From Octopus sinensis (Eukaryota), in contig NC_043000.1 in assembly GCF_006345805.1 (NCBI RefSeq), forward strand, positions 102,052,001 through 102,116,000: a stretch of 64,000 nt of DNA. Reading direction: 5' to 3'. Under the pieces are notes generated by a model. That model saw nothing but the letters and a program-made list of their open reading frames with translations, was not told where the DNA came from and did no database searches. Made by a program: the position numbers and the translations under genes. Positions 1 to 11,265 of this stretch are shown in pieces. The number at the start of each line of letters is the position of its first letter. Position 1 is the stretch's first letter.

Positions 1-70
1 CGTACTGTGGTCGATCTAACTGACTGGCCCCATCCCCGAAAATTTCAGACCTTGTGCCTATAGTAGAAAA
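1..70 (+). mobile_element. 3' end of tRNA-derived SINE family A (tail 1), cut by window start
   Basis: aatttcagaccttgtgcctatagtagaaaag followed by (ATT)n matches the tails at 8660-8690, 10805-10840 and 11210-11241. Confidence 0.8.
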
Positions 71-100
71 GATTATTATTATCATTATTATTATTATTCT

Positions 101-406
101 ATGTTTGACTTTTGCTTTATATTTGTACAAGTTGGCTCCAAGTCTCACCCAGAGACCTCAAGAGACAACAGGTTGGAAGTTCGTGTTGTTGTTATGCCTA
201 GTGTGCCATATATTTGGTTTTGTATTTAGTGTTGTACTAGTGAATGTCTAAAAAAAAAACCATACGAAAATTATGTTTGTTTTAAAACTTGAGATTACAT
301 ATTTTGCGTAGGATATGAGCAGTTCCCATGAGCACTATCTTTTGAATTTCTGCCATTTTTGGGTTTCCTGGTATCTGAGTTAGGTAGCAATCAGCCCATT
401 TTGCTA

Positions 407-410
<4 letters not shown>
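101..410 (-). mobile_element. R4/Dong-like RLE non-LTR retrotransposon 3' fragment (subfamily A)
   Basis: Minus strand reads MIAKWADCYLTQIPGNPKMAEIQKIVLMGTAHILRK then a 3'UTR and (AAT)n; near-identical to 9755-10067; (ATT)n on both sides. Confidence 0.8.
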
Positions 411-447
<37 letters not shown>

Positions 448-1004
448 GAGTGAGAGAGCAGTTCATGCCATCAAAGTGACACTGGGGTAAAAATATACGA
501 AGCCCAATATACCCATCATGACTACCCGTCTGATAAAGGTACACCAGGCACATGCATCACAACCATATGTGCGCGACATGGTGATCTCATATCAAGATAA
601 ACAGCACATGACCTTGCAGGTGGGGCCCAGTTAGAATTTTCTTCAGGTTGAGTAGCCCATCCCGCTCAAACGGTCCCTGAATAAGGGTTGTTTAAGGATG
701 TTGAAAGAACCACCCATGTTTCCAGAGGTGAACTATTCAAACCCCAAAGAATCCCTCTCAACACATGGCTATGATGCTCCCCCACTACTTCTGCTCGTGA
801 TCAGAGATGCACATATCGTCAGCCACTAAGGGACATGCTCAACTGGTTAAGGTCACAAACTGACAAGCAAATCTGTGGTATTGAGCAGAATATTTGCTGT
901 AGCCCATCTTTTATACCAAGACAAAACAATGTACATGATAACACTTCCAATCAGTTAAGATCAGAAGCCATGAGAGCCACTGCCTGGTACTGCATCAGGG
1001 CATT
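448..1004 (-). mobile_element. Non-coding interspersed element X flanked by (ATT)n; strand inferred from the shared end
   Basis: Its 448 end recurs at 46278-46346, also inside (ATT)n; an internal part recurs at about 10543-10620; no ORF. Confidence 0.6.
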
Positions 1005-1027
1005 TATTATTATTATTATTATTATTA

Positions 1028-1093
<66 letters not shown>

Positions 1094-1113
1094 CATTATT
1101 ATTATTATTATTA
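1005..1113 (+). repeat. (ATT)n microsatellite
   Basis: Directly visible; source of the poly-Ile/Leu/Asn ORFs. Confidence 0.95.
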
Positions 1114-1989
1114 TATTTGCTGCGGAACGCATCGGACATGTTTCCGAATGCTCCAAATAAGTCCAGTTCAAAAATATTTATTTACACCAGGATTGTATCC
1201 TTCGTCAATAATTATCTGATTCCAAGTTGTGAATATAAACACCAAGAACCTATTATTGGCTTTTTATGGTTGTGTAGCCCCCAGAAGGGCGATTTTCGGC
1301 CCACCAAATAATTTCGGTGGGCGTTAAATTTAACTGAATCACATACAAGTCATCAAGAAGGCGGAGCGCGTCTTGAAAGAGTCGAGAAAAAAACAAAACA
1401 AACCCTCCTACTAGTATGGTAATGGATGAAAACTTTCCTCCCATCCCTCCGTCACAGTCAACAATACAGGGGAAGAAGAAGAGGAGGAGGAGAAAAACAA
1501 GACTGTCACGGTACAGTAATCAGCTATTGCAACATAAGTAGTAGCAACAGGGAAAGCAGCCATTTCTACAACTCCAGCATGAACAGCTGCAATAGCATCA
1601 AGAGGGACCCTTGTGAATACAAATACAAAATTGTTTGTCACATTACTAAAACACCACGAGAGGCATCGGAACATTCTGACTCTGATAACTCGCCGCTAGA
1701 TGAAATAGAAGGATGTAGAAAACCTGTGAGATTGAAAGCCATGGAAAATGAAAAGGCAGCAGTCTTCTTTTAATCAGCCATATTACTGCATCATCACTAC
1801 CACCACCACAGCTGCAGCACCACAACAAATCGACGAAACCCGCAACCATATAACTAACAACATCAGGAAAATACACAAACAATAATCACAAAAGAAAACG
1901 ACAAAAAGAAGAACAAAGAAAAATCAAATACAAAAACCATCCAACACTAACAATTCCCCTGTTGTTTTTATATACTGTTCTTTCTTATA

Positions 1990-2180
1990 TTCTTTTACTT
2001 TTTCACTCATTAGACTGCGGTCATGCTTGGGTACTGTCTTAAAGAATTTTTAGTTGAATGAATCGACTCCGGTACTTTGAAAACGAATGTTTGTTAAAGT
2101 GCGGTACTTATTCTATTGGCTTTTGCCGAACTGCTAGTTTACTGTCAAGCGGTGGTGGGCACAAACACAGACACACAGAA
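1990..2180 (-). mobile_element. Degenerate 3' half of SINE family B followed by (TG)n
   Basis: cattagactgcggtcatgc...tacttattctattggcttttgccgaac...cacaaacacagacacac resembles 30560-30750. Confidence 0.65.
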
Positions 2181-2187
2181 ACACACA

Positions 2188-2248
<61 letters not shown>

Positions 2249-2468
2249 ATGCGCGTGTGTGTAAACGTAAGATCCAAAAATCAAGCTGTAGGAAGTTAGT
2301 AACCTTGGAGCAGTCTGTAGAAGGTTTAAAAAACAACTTTCAGAAAAAATAGTGGTTTATTAACGTAGTAAGTTGTAAACGTTTCCCATATCGAAGTTCG
2401 ATAAGCTGAAAGGAGTTATTTTATAGTTCACGGTTAGCAGCTGGGGTTGCTGTGTATGCGAATAAACA

Positions 2469-2728
2469 TCCAAAATTAGGGAAAAAGTAGATAAAATCCA
2501 GGCTACATATGTTTCGTTGGGCCAAAGATACCTTAATCAAATGTCGATCAAATCTGCGAGTTTACATGGGATCCCGTCACGCCAATGTAAACTGCATTTG
2601 ATTAAGGTATCCTTGACCCGAGGAGTAGCTATCGGATTATCCTTTGTTTGAACAATTTCTACTTTCGAGCTTCTGCTAGCTATGAAATATATGTAGCCTG
2701 GATTTTATCTACTCTATTCCCTGATTTT

Positions 2729-2731
<3 letters not shown>
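2469..2731. mobile_element. Foldback/MITE-like element with nested inverted repeats
   Basis: 2469-2515 is the near reverse complement of 2684-2731; perfect 17-bp inner IR at 2527-2543/2595-2611; gtttacat/atgtaaac innermost pair. Confidence 0.65.
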
Positions 2732-2810
<79 letters not shown>

Positions 2811-2814
<4 letters not shown>

Positions 2815-3719
2815 GAAGGTGTGTACGTACGTCGCATAAATATATGTATAAAAAATATATATAGAAATACAAAATGGGACAAGAACGCAAAACATTCAAA
2901 TAGACGATACGAAAACGGACGGGTCATTCGAAGCCTCTAATCTTCAGTGAAGAACCGGATCATCCTCGCAATTTCGGCTGATTAATCTTGAGATTGCTCT
3001 GATCTGGTCAGCCCCAAGGAAAAGCTAAGCTACGAGCATTAGATTTCTTGGAAAAAGGATCGAATGTATACGAAACAAGGACAGAAAAAACGGACGATGT
3101 TACACGAAAATAAATACAAAAAAACAAAAAGTAATACGAATATAAATACAAAAAACAATAATAATAATAACATGACAAAAACAACAGGCGTCTTTCGACT
3201 TTAGACAATTCAAATTAGCTGGTGTGTGAGAAGAATAATGCCTTACAGCAGAGGAAGAAGTCGCTGTTGTTCTGGCGCTGGTCAGAAGCCGAAAGGCTGT
3301 AGTTGACCGGTAGTCACGTGAGAAGAGAAGAGAGAGAAAAAGGGGCAAGGAATTAAAGAGAGGGAGAAGAGAGAGAAAAAGAGAGAAAGAAGGAATTAAG
3401 GAAAGGGAGAAGAAAGAGAGCGTGCCAAGAATTGGCGGGACAAAAGAAAGGCAGTGTCAGTGAAGTGCAAAGTAAGAAAGGCAGATATATGTGAGAGGGT
3501 GGGGAAAGAGGAGACCAAAGAATCAAAGAAGCGAGAAAAGAGAAAGACAGAGAAAGTGTGTGTAGTAGTCGTACAGAGGTTAGTGGAATGCTTACATACA
3601 CATAAGAGGAAGGTGTGTACGTACGTCGCAAAAATATATGTATAAAAAATATATATAAAAATACAAAATGGGACAAGAACGCAAAACATTCAAATAGACG
3701 ATACGAAAACGGACGGGTC
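2811..3719. mobile_element. Element bounded by 115-bp direct repeats (2811-2925 and 3605-3719), possibly Penelope-like terminal repeats
   Basis: Two 115-bp copies differing at 2 positions by eye; left copy abuts (TA)n; no ORF. Confidence 0.5.
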
Positions 3720-4366
3720 GGGGCTGGAAATTATGGAGCAATTATGGAGCAATAACAGTGAGGAGATATAGTGTAAAACTAGTGTCTGAATACAACAATC
3801 AATTCTTGGGACAAGAAATCACCACTTTATACATTTGTCTGACAAAATTTTGTTTTTAGTAAGAAATTTCTTCTGCGTTTTACAGTTCTCAGAAGTATCA
3901 AGATGGTCATCACACTTACTAAAAATGTAGAATAATACGAGGAAAATAATTTGATGGAAATGCGTGTGTGCATAACAATATATGAGACTATGTGAATGTG
4001 TGTTTGTGTGTGTGTAGTGCGTGCGTGCTTCTAGATATATGTATGTGCATGTATATATTCATGTACACATCTTCCCTTATGAGTTATTCAAGTTCTTGGC
4101 AGAATTCAAACCGGTTACTAAGTGACAAAGCTTGTTTTGATACGGTGAAGACAGTTCCAGAGATTTATGAATGTGTGTAGTAGTCTATGCATATACATAG
4201 ATACAAACACACATACATGCATACATTCATACATATGTACTACGTACAGACCGAAGGACGGACAAACAGACAGACACATAGATATATGGATAGATAGTTA
4301 TATAGACAGACAGATAAACATAGATATACTCTGTGTTGATGCATTGCACTCGTAATGTGTTTATAT

Positions 4367-4404
<38 letters not shown>

Positions 4405-4879
4405 TATTATATATATATAAATGTATGTGCGTATGCAACGATGAATAAGTCCTCCTGTGTTTGTGCGTAAATATATATAAACATATACGTGAACACACAA
4501 TACAACAATACGCGGTTTAATAATGTTTAAATTCATTTCAGTCTTTCTCGATTACCCTGAGCTGTACATAAAATAAATATTGTTTAATTGACGACGAGCC
4601 GTCGTAAACACAAATATGCAAATTAAGCCGTCCGCCATTTTACTACACAGTACTATATAGCGACTGAATGCTCTGTTGAAGAAGCCGGATAATACTTCTG
4701 TGAGGGGCGGCCATTAAATCATGAAACGGTCCCTCAGGAAATTCCTTTATTCTTTTCTCACAACAATAACATAGAAACAATCTCTTTACATTCTTATTTC
4801 AACTTCGTGGATGCTTTATGATAGATTCAACTTATATTAGTTCTTATGATTTGCACAGTGGTATGCATATATGTGTGTG

Positions 4880-4920
<41 letters not shown>

Positions 4921-4930
4921 TATATATATC

Positions 4931-5101
4931 CCCTAAAGCCATTTTTAATTCTTTCTCTGTTTGTTTTCTTGTGCTCCTTTCTGTTTAAGAGCGTAGGCTC
5001 GAAACGTAAAAGACTTTGTCACCTTCCCAAGCATTAAGCTAATGCATCTGATTGTTGTTTATACACCTGTCTTCGTCTTTTGTTTTTCTGTAATTTCCAA
5101 C
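4931..5101 (+). mobile_element. Short Penelope-like terminal repeat fragment with hammerhead-like motif
   Basis: Homologous to 33940-34115 and 57870-58040; contains ctttctgtttaagagcgtaggctcgaaacgtaaaag; ends in (TA)n. Confidence 0.6.
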
Positions 5102-5123
5102 TATATATATATATATATATATA

Positions 5124-6560
5124 CATCTGATGCAATAAAAAAGTCTGGAAGAAGTGCAGGAGAAGGAGTTCCTAATGTACAGGGTGTGCTGGTTGCGTCC
5201 GGTGAGGGAGGTGGTGTTAGTGATGAAGGGACAGGTGTCACAACAGTATCTGGAGCTAAGGAAAGATCCGAGACGGGCTGGAATGGAGGGGAGGAAGGGA
5301 GTTAAGGACCAGTAGCGTGGGTAAGGGCAGTAAGGACAAGGGTGGATGGATATCCGCGACGCATGAACTTGAGGGCCAGGTATTGGGGCTGGGTCTCTAA
5401 ATCCTGGTCCAGCTGCACAGGCGTTGTAGGCAGAAAAACTGGGAGGAGGATGAAATGGAGAGAGAGATATCCAAGAGGTTTATAGAAATGTCAGAGATGG
5501 TAGGAGTAAATTCGAGAGAAGGGTGGAAGTTATAAATGAAAGAGATGAAGTTGGAGAGTTGTTCGCGGGAGAGGGAGATGGAGCCTATACAGTCGTCTAT
5601 ATAACTCTGGGGTCGGTCCGGAAAATTGTGAGAAGATATGGGCCTCAACGTAACCAACAAATAAGTTATAAAAATTGGACCCGTTCTCGTTCCCATAGCG
5701 ACGCGAGAGGTCGCTGCCAAATCTCTCCCGCGAGCGTAAAGCAGTCGAGGGTAAGGACGAGTTCTGCTAGGCGGAGAAGGGCGGAGGTGCTGGGTGTGAG
5801 GTTTAGGAAATATTGGAGGACTAAGAGGCTGCCGTTGTGGGGAATCACAGTGGTGTGGGGAGAGGTGTCGGGTTGTGGGGTAGAGGTGTGAGAAGAAGGG
5901 TTGGAATGGTTGGGTGGGTTGAGAGTAGGGGTGGAAATGGATGGGTGTGGGGCATGTGGGGGTGGTTAGCGATGGAGGTGTGGAGGTGAAGGAGAGGAAG
6001 GTTTCGAGGTATAGGATGGGATGGGGAGGGTGGCTGAGGGGTTGAAGAGGGGTTGCAATTTTCGGTTTTTAGCGGAGAATACGTTGGGTGAAGAGTGGTT
6101 GGCAGATAGAGGAAAGGAGAAGGTAAACTTGCGGGAGTTGGTGGTCAAGGGAGTGAACGAGGGAGTGGATGGAACGGATTGTAGCACGGATGAGAAAGTA
6201 GGAAGTGCAGGCGAGGATGGGTTCGATGGAGGAAGCCACGGGGTGTGACGTGAGGATGGAGGCGACGGCTAAGGAAAGAGAGATGGCTAGAGTGGCAGGT
6301 TTTTTAAAAAGCAAGTGAAAGAGTTGTATAGAGGTTTGCAGGCGCTGGGGAGGAGAGTTGGAAAGAGAACAGGAAAAAAGAGAGTGGATGTGCAGAAAGA
6401 AGGAATGAAGGTCAGAGATGGTGAATGTAGGTGTAGGTGTGGGTGATGGCGAGGAGAAGGAAAAGGAAGGAGAGTGGAAGGATAACTGAAGTAGAGACGA
6501 AGGAATACAAGTGAAGAGAAAGTGTACGAACAAATTATAATGATTCACAATCAAAGGTGT
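5124..6560 (-). mobile_element. Penelope-like retroelement remnant (RT plus start of GIY-YIG), internally deleted and frameshifted
   Basis: Minus-strand motifs VAMGTRTGP, YIDDC, FHPSLEFT..IS..SINLLDISLSI, then CDTCPFIT...SFSCTSSRLFYCIRC; 5' boundary approximate. Confidence 0.8.
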
Positions 6561-6691
6561 AGAAATGGCGTACTCCGAATGAATAAGGGGGGGGGGTAAT
6601 CCAATGGTAGAAAGAACCCTATGAATTAGGTACAGTGGGGTACAAATACAAACACAAAGATACTTACTCACACATTGATATATACATATAT

Positions 6692-6843
6692 ACGACGGGA
6701 TTCTTTCAGTTTCCATCTACCAAATCCATTCACAAGTTTTTGATCAGCCCGGGACTAATGTAGAAGATACTTGTCTACGCAGTAGGATTGAACCAAGAAC
6801 CGTGTGATTGGGAAACAAACTTCTTACCACACAACCACACCTG
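6692..6843 (-). mobile_element. 5' half of SINE family B (degenerate)
   Basis: tctttcagtttccatctaccaaatcc...cttcttaccacacaaccac matches 30790-30945. Confidence 0.7.
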
Positions 6844-6873
6844 ATGTCCACGTATATTTGTGTGTGTATATAG

Positions 6874-6980
<107 letters not shown>

Positions 6981-7028
6981 AATAGATAGATAAATAAATA
7001 GAAATTATAAATATTATATATTATATTG

Positions 7029-7091
<63 letters not shown>

Positions 7092-8099
7092 TGTGTGTCT
7101 GTGTGTCTCTGTACATATCTCATTCTTAATTTTCATTCACTGACATAAACTTATAAATGTATATATTTTGAATTCTACTCATCACTCTCTTTGTTTCTTT
7201 CTTTCTCCTTTTTTTCTTTTTCTTACTTTTTCTCTCCCTCCTTCCCTCCCTCCTCCCTCTCTTTCTCTCTCTCTCTCTCTCACACACACATGCACATACA
7301 CACACTTATACATCACACACTCTCTCCCTCACGCACGTATTGTACCTTCAGCACACAACACATCCATTTTGGGAGAATATCAATCATTTGTAGATTTTCT
7401 ATTCAAAATCACAATGCGTCTTAGCAGAACAGAATAGTTTCATCTCAGACATGTTTTATTAAAAACACAATAATAAATAAAGTAAAATAAAGCATTAAAT
7501 TGTTGTATATTGTTGTTGATGTTGTTGTTGTTTTGTAATATTTCGTAATTAATTTTTTTTTTATTATTTGGCTTTTATTGTGAGATTGTATATTAATTTC
7601 TTTACAAGAAATTAAAGAAGGAATGTGATATCTTTTTTCTTTTAACAGAATATTACAAAAATACTGGCGGTTTAGTGGTATTGTAATACTTTCAGAAATA
7701 AACGAAAGAAAGGAGATAGATACAGCAAGAGAGTAAAGGGTGGAGGAGAAGAAATCAATAATATAACGGTTATTTAAGACAGTAAGAATTTCTTTACTGG
7801 AATGTACTAAGCTTACATTTCAACATACAACACGAAGTCAATATATTACCAATGAAGGACAATTAATAGAATATCAATATCATTATTTTTGGATAAAAAA
7901 ATCTCAGTAGTGAAGGACGAAATAAATAAAGAACGATCGAAAGAAAAAGCAGAAAATAAATCTTAACGTTTTATTTCTTTTCTTTATTTCATTTTTGCTT
8001 CTAAAAATTTTTAAGAATGAAAAATAATCTTAACGGAAATGCTTATCTGAAGTAATCTAGAAATTGCATATCAGCACTTCTGTTTTGTTAGAGCTTCCA

Positions 8100-8280
8100 A
8101 AAATGCCTTGCAGTATTTCTTCCGGCTCTATACATTCTGAGTTCAACTGCCGCCGAGGTAGACTTTGCTTTTCATCCTTTCGGGGTCGATAAATTAAGTA
8201 CCAGTTAAGTACTGCGGTCGATGTAATCGACTATCACCTTCCCTCAAATTTCAGGCCATATGCCTATAGTAGAAAGGATT
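8100..8280 (+). mobile_element. SINE family A, 5'-truncated, tail 1
   Basis: ttctgagttcaa...tttcatcctttcggggtcgataaattaagtaccagtt...gcctatagtagaaaggatt. Confidence 0.8.
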
Positions 8281-8294
8281 GTCATTATTATTAA

Positions 8295-8690
8295 GGCGGC
8301 AAGCTGGCAGAAACGTTAGCACGCCGGGCGAAATGCGTAGCCGTATTTCGTCTGCCGCTACGTTCTGAGTTCAAATTCCACCAAGGTCGACTTTGCCTTT
8401 CATCCTTTCGAAGTCGATAAATTAAGTACCAGTTACGTACTGGGGTCGATGTAATCGACTTAATCCGTTTGTCTGTCCTTGTTTGTCCTCTTTGTGTTTA
8501 GCCCCTTGTGGGTAGTAAAGAAATAGGTATTTCGTCTGCCGCTACGTTCTGAGTTCAAATTCCGCCGAGGTCTAATTTGCCTTTCATCCTTTCGGGGTCG
8601 ATTAAATAAGTACCAGTTACGCACTGGGGTCGATGTAATCGACTTAACTCCTCCTCCAAAATATCAGGCCTTGTGCCTATAGAAGAAAGG
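8295..8690 (+). mobile_element. SINE family A, dimeric form (head-core-tail2-core-tail1)
   Basis: Pol III box A-like tggcagaaacg and box B-like gagttcaaattcc; core duplicated internally; ends in agaaagg plus ATT/AAT array. Confidence 0.85.
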
Positions 8691-8742
8691 AATATTATAA
8701 TTATAATAATAATAATAATAATTATTATTATTATTATTATTA

Positions 8743-9689
8743 GCATCTTCTTTCAATTCTGTTTCGGTTTCTTGCCGAGTGTCTTCCTGACACCTAGAGC
8801 AGAAAAACGTATTGTATACATTGGTAGTTCATTAAAATAAACACACCATATTGTTCATTTACAAAACCATGTGGTAGAGAAAAAGCGGAAGAAAGACAGA
8901 GAGAAATAGGAAAAATAAGTAAAAATGTAAACAAAGAAAATAAAGGGGGAAAAGGAAAAAAAATTCTCAGCGACAATTGCACTTCCTGCAAGGATGGTAA
9001 GCCAGGGATCATTCTTAAATGATTTTCAGTTCCTTTTTTGATCATTGCAAGAGCTCCTATAATCACTGATATTGTAACCGCCTTGAGATGCCACGTGTTT
9101 TCGATTTCGATGAGCAAATCTTAATATTTTCTGAGCTTATCAATTTTTTTTTTGTCGAGATATTGTAGTGACAGGGTATGCTAATGTCAATCAATAAACA
9201 GGCTTTTCCTTTGATGGCCTGGCCCGTACATACTGAGAAGTTCCAAAGAATAGTTACATTTTCTTCCTCAATTACAACTTCAGGGTGGTACTTGTACCAT
9301 TTGTCAGCAGTTTTGATTTTATAATGCCGTCACCTTATCCAGTGTAGATATTGACCAACTCCGTCATGTCTTGATTTGTACACTTCAGGTGCTAAAACTT
9401 TACAACCAGAGATTAAGTGGCCCACTGTTTCGATTCCATCGTTGCAGTATCGGTACTTTGGGTCTACACTATTTTTCATCACATTGGCTTGATAATTCCA
9501 GGTCAATAAGCTCTGATCTTGAGCAGCCAAGATAAAGCCTTCACTCTCTGCCTTTAATCCTGAGCTCCGTAGCTACTGATGGGTGTGCTTCTGGCTTACT
9601 TGAGCTTGTTTGCTACGGGCCACACATTTGCCATGCAGAGGTTTTTGTTCCCACCTATCAGCCAATTGTTCAAAAGCATTTTGCTATTG
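8743..9689 (-). mobile_element. R4/Dong-like RLE retrotransposon 3' fragment (subfamily B) with about 160-bp insertion at about 8800-8960
   Basis: WEQKPLHGK, LKAESEGFILAAQDQSL, degenerate CCHC knuckle (YRYCNDGIETVGHLISGC), RHDGVGQYLHW, ISVIIGALAMI..IPGLPSLQEVQ; (ATT)n both sides. Confidence 0.85.
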
Positions 9690-9754
<65 letters not shown>

Positions 9755-9756
<2 letters not shown>

Positions 9757-10106
9757 GTTTGACTTTTGCTTTATATTTGTACAAGTTGGCTCCAAGTCTC
9801 ACCCAGAGACCTCAAGAGACAACAGGTTGGAAGTTCATGTTGTTGTTATGCCTAGTGTGCCATATATTTGGTTTTGTATTTAGTGTTGTACTAGTGAATG
9901 TCTAAAAAACCATACGAAAACTATGTTTGTTTTAAAACTTGAGATTACATAGAAAGTATTTTGCGTAGGATATGTGCAATTCCCATGAGCACTATCTTTT
10001 GAATTTCTGCCATTTTGGGGTTTCCTGGTATCTGAGTTAGGTAGCAATCAGCCCCTTTTGCTATCATTCCCATGGCACCTATGACAACAGGTATTGTTTT
10101 AGTCTT
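9755..10106 (-). mobile_element. R4/Dong-like RLE retrotransposon 3' fragment (subfamily A, second copy)
   Basis: KTKTIPVVIGAMGMIAKGADCYLTQIPGNPKMAEIQKIVLMGIAHILRK; same 3'UTR as 101-410. Confidence 0.85.
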
Positions 10107-10184
10107 ATTGTTATTATTGATTTCTACTACACTACTACTACTACTACTACTATACTACTACTACTACTACTACTACTGCTGCTG

Positions 10185-10226
<42 letters not shown>

Positions 10227-10634
10227 ATTCAGGAAAGTCGTGTTTACGTGGGATCCCATTTTGGATTAGATTTTGTTGAATTCTGCTCAAACGTCAGATT
10301 ATTATTCGTATTGTAAATCTAAGAAGCATTACCACGAAAGGCAAGAAGTTATTAATTTTCTTCGGCTTGTTTCAGCAAAAAATACATTTCTTTTGTTTAT
10401 TCTTTAATAGTATTTCTTTGTATTCGTTGAAAGAAGCGTTTGGCACACTGTTAGTAATACCTGCATATACAAATCTTAACCGACTAAATGAACTTGGACA
10501 AAATAGTAGCACATGTATAAAAAAGGAGGAAAAGACAAGGAATGTGGTATTGAGCAGAATATTTACTGTAGCTCATCTTTTACACCAATACAAAATATTT
10601 ACGTAACACTTCCAATCAGTTATTTGTATTATAA

Positions 10635-10840
10635 GGCGGCGAGCTTTCAGGATCGTTAGCACGCTGGTGAAGTGCTTAGCGGTATTTCGTCCAACTTCAC
10701 GTTCTACGTTCAAATTCCGCCGAGTTTCATTTTGCCGTTCATCATTTTGAGGTCGATAAAATAAGTTGCAGTTGAGTACTGCGGTCGATATAATACACCT
10801 CCCCCAAATTTCAGGTATTGTGCCTATAGTAAAAAGGATT
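10635..10840 (+). mobile_element. SINE family A, monomer, tail 1 (older copy)
   Basis: ggcggcgagct...gttcaaattccgccgag...ccccaaatttcaggtattgtgcctatagtaaaaagg. Confidence 0.8.
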
Positions 10841-10845
10841 GTAAA

Positions 10846-11241
10846 GTGGTGAGCTGGCAGAATCGTTAGCACGCTGGGCAAAATGCTTAGCAGAATTTTG
10901 TCTGCCGTTACGTTCTGAGTTCAAATTCATCCAAGGTCGACTTTGCCTTTCATCCTTTCGGGGTCGATAAATTAAGTACCAGTTACGCACTGGGATCGAT
11001 GTAATCGACATAATCCGTTTGTCTGTCCTTGTTTGTCTCCTCTATGTTTAGCCCCTTGTGGGTAATAAAGAAATGAGTATTTTGTCTGCCAATACGTTCT
11101 GTGTTCAAATTACTTTGGGGTCGACTTTGCCTTTCATCGTTTCAGGGTTGATAAATTAAGTACCAGTGAAACACTGGGAGTCGATGTGAACGACTGTCCC
11201 CCTCCCCACAAATTTCAGGCCTTGTGCCTATAGTAGAAAGG
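10846..11241 (+). mobile_element. SINE family A, dimeric form
   Basis: Same architecture and internal junction as 8295-8690; ends in (ATT)n. Confidence 0.85.
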
Positions 11242-11265
11242 ATTATTATTATTATTATTATTATT

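Noticed and set aside
835-1311. 158-aa ORF with poly-Ile/Leu, and the many similar YI/CV/HT/MYVC-repeat ORFs across the window
   Set aside because: Translations of ATT, TA, TG and TACA microsatellites; no domain content
4670-4745. Possible hammerhead (ctgttgaagaagccg...cggc...gaaacggtc)
   Set aside because: Stem II not adjacent to GAAA and no consistent stem I
7625-7770. Acceptor-like tcttttttcttttaacag followed by purine-rich sequence
   Set aside because: The frames I translated stop within about 30 codons and show no recognisable peptide
8295-8400. tRNA-like heads of SINE families A, B and C as tRNA genes
   Set aside because: Only box A/B similarity; they continue into SINE bodies and I could not fold a complete cloverleaf
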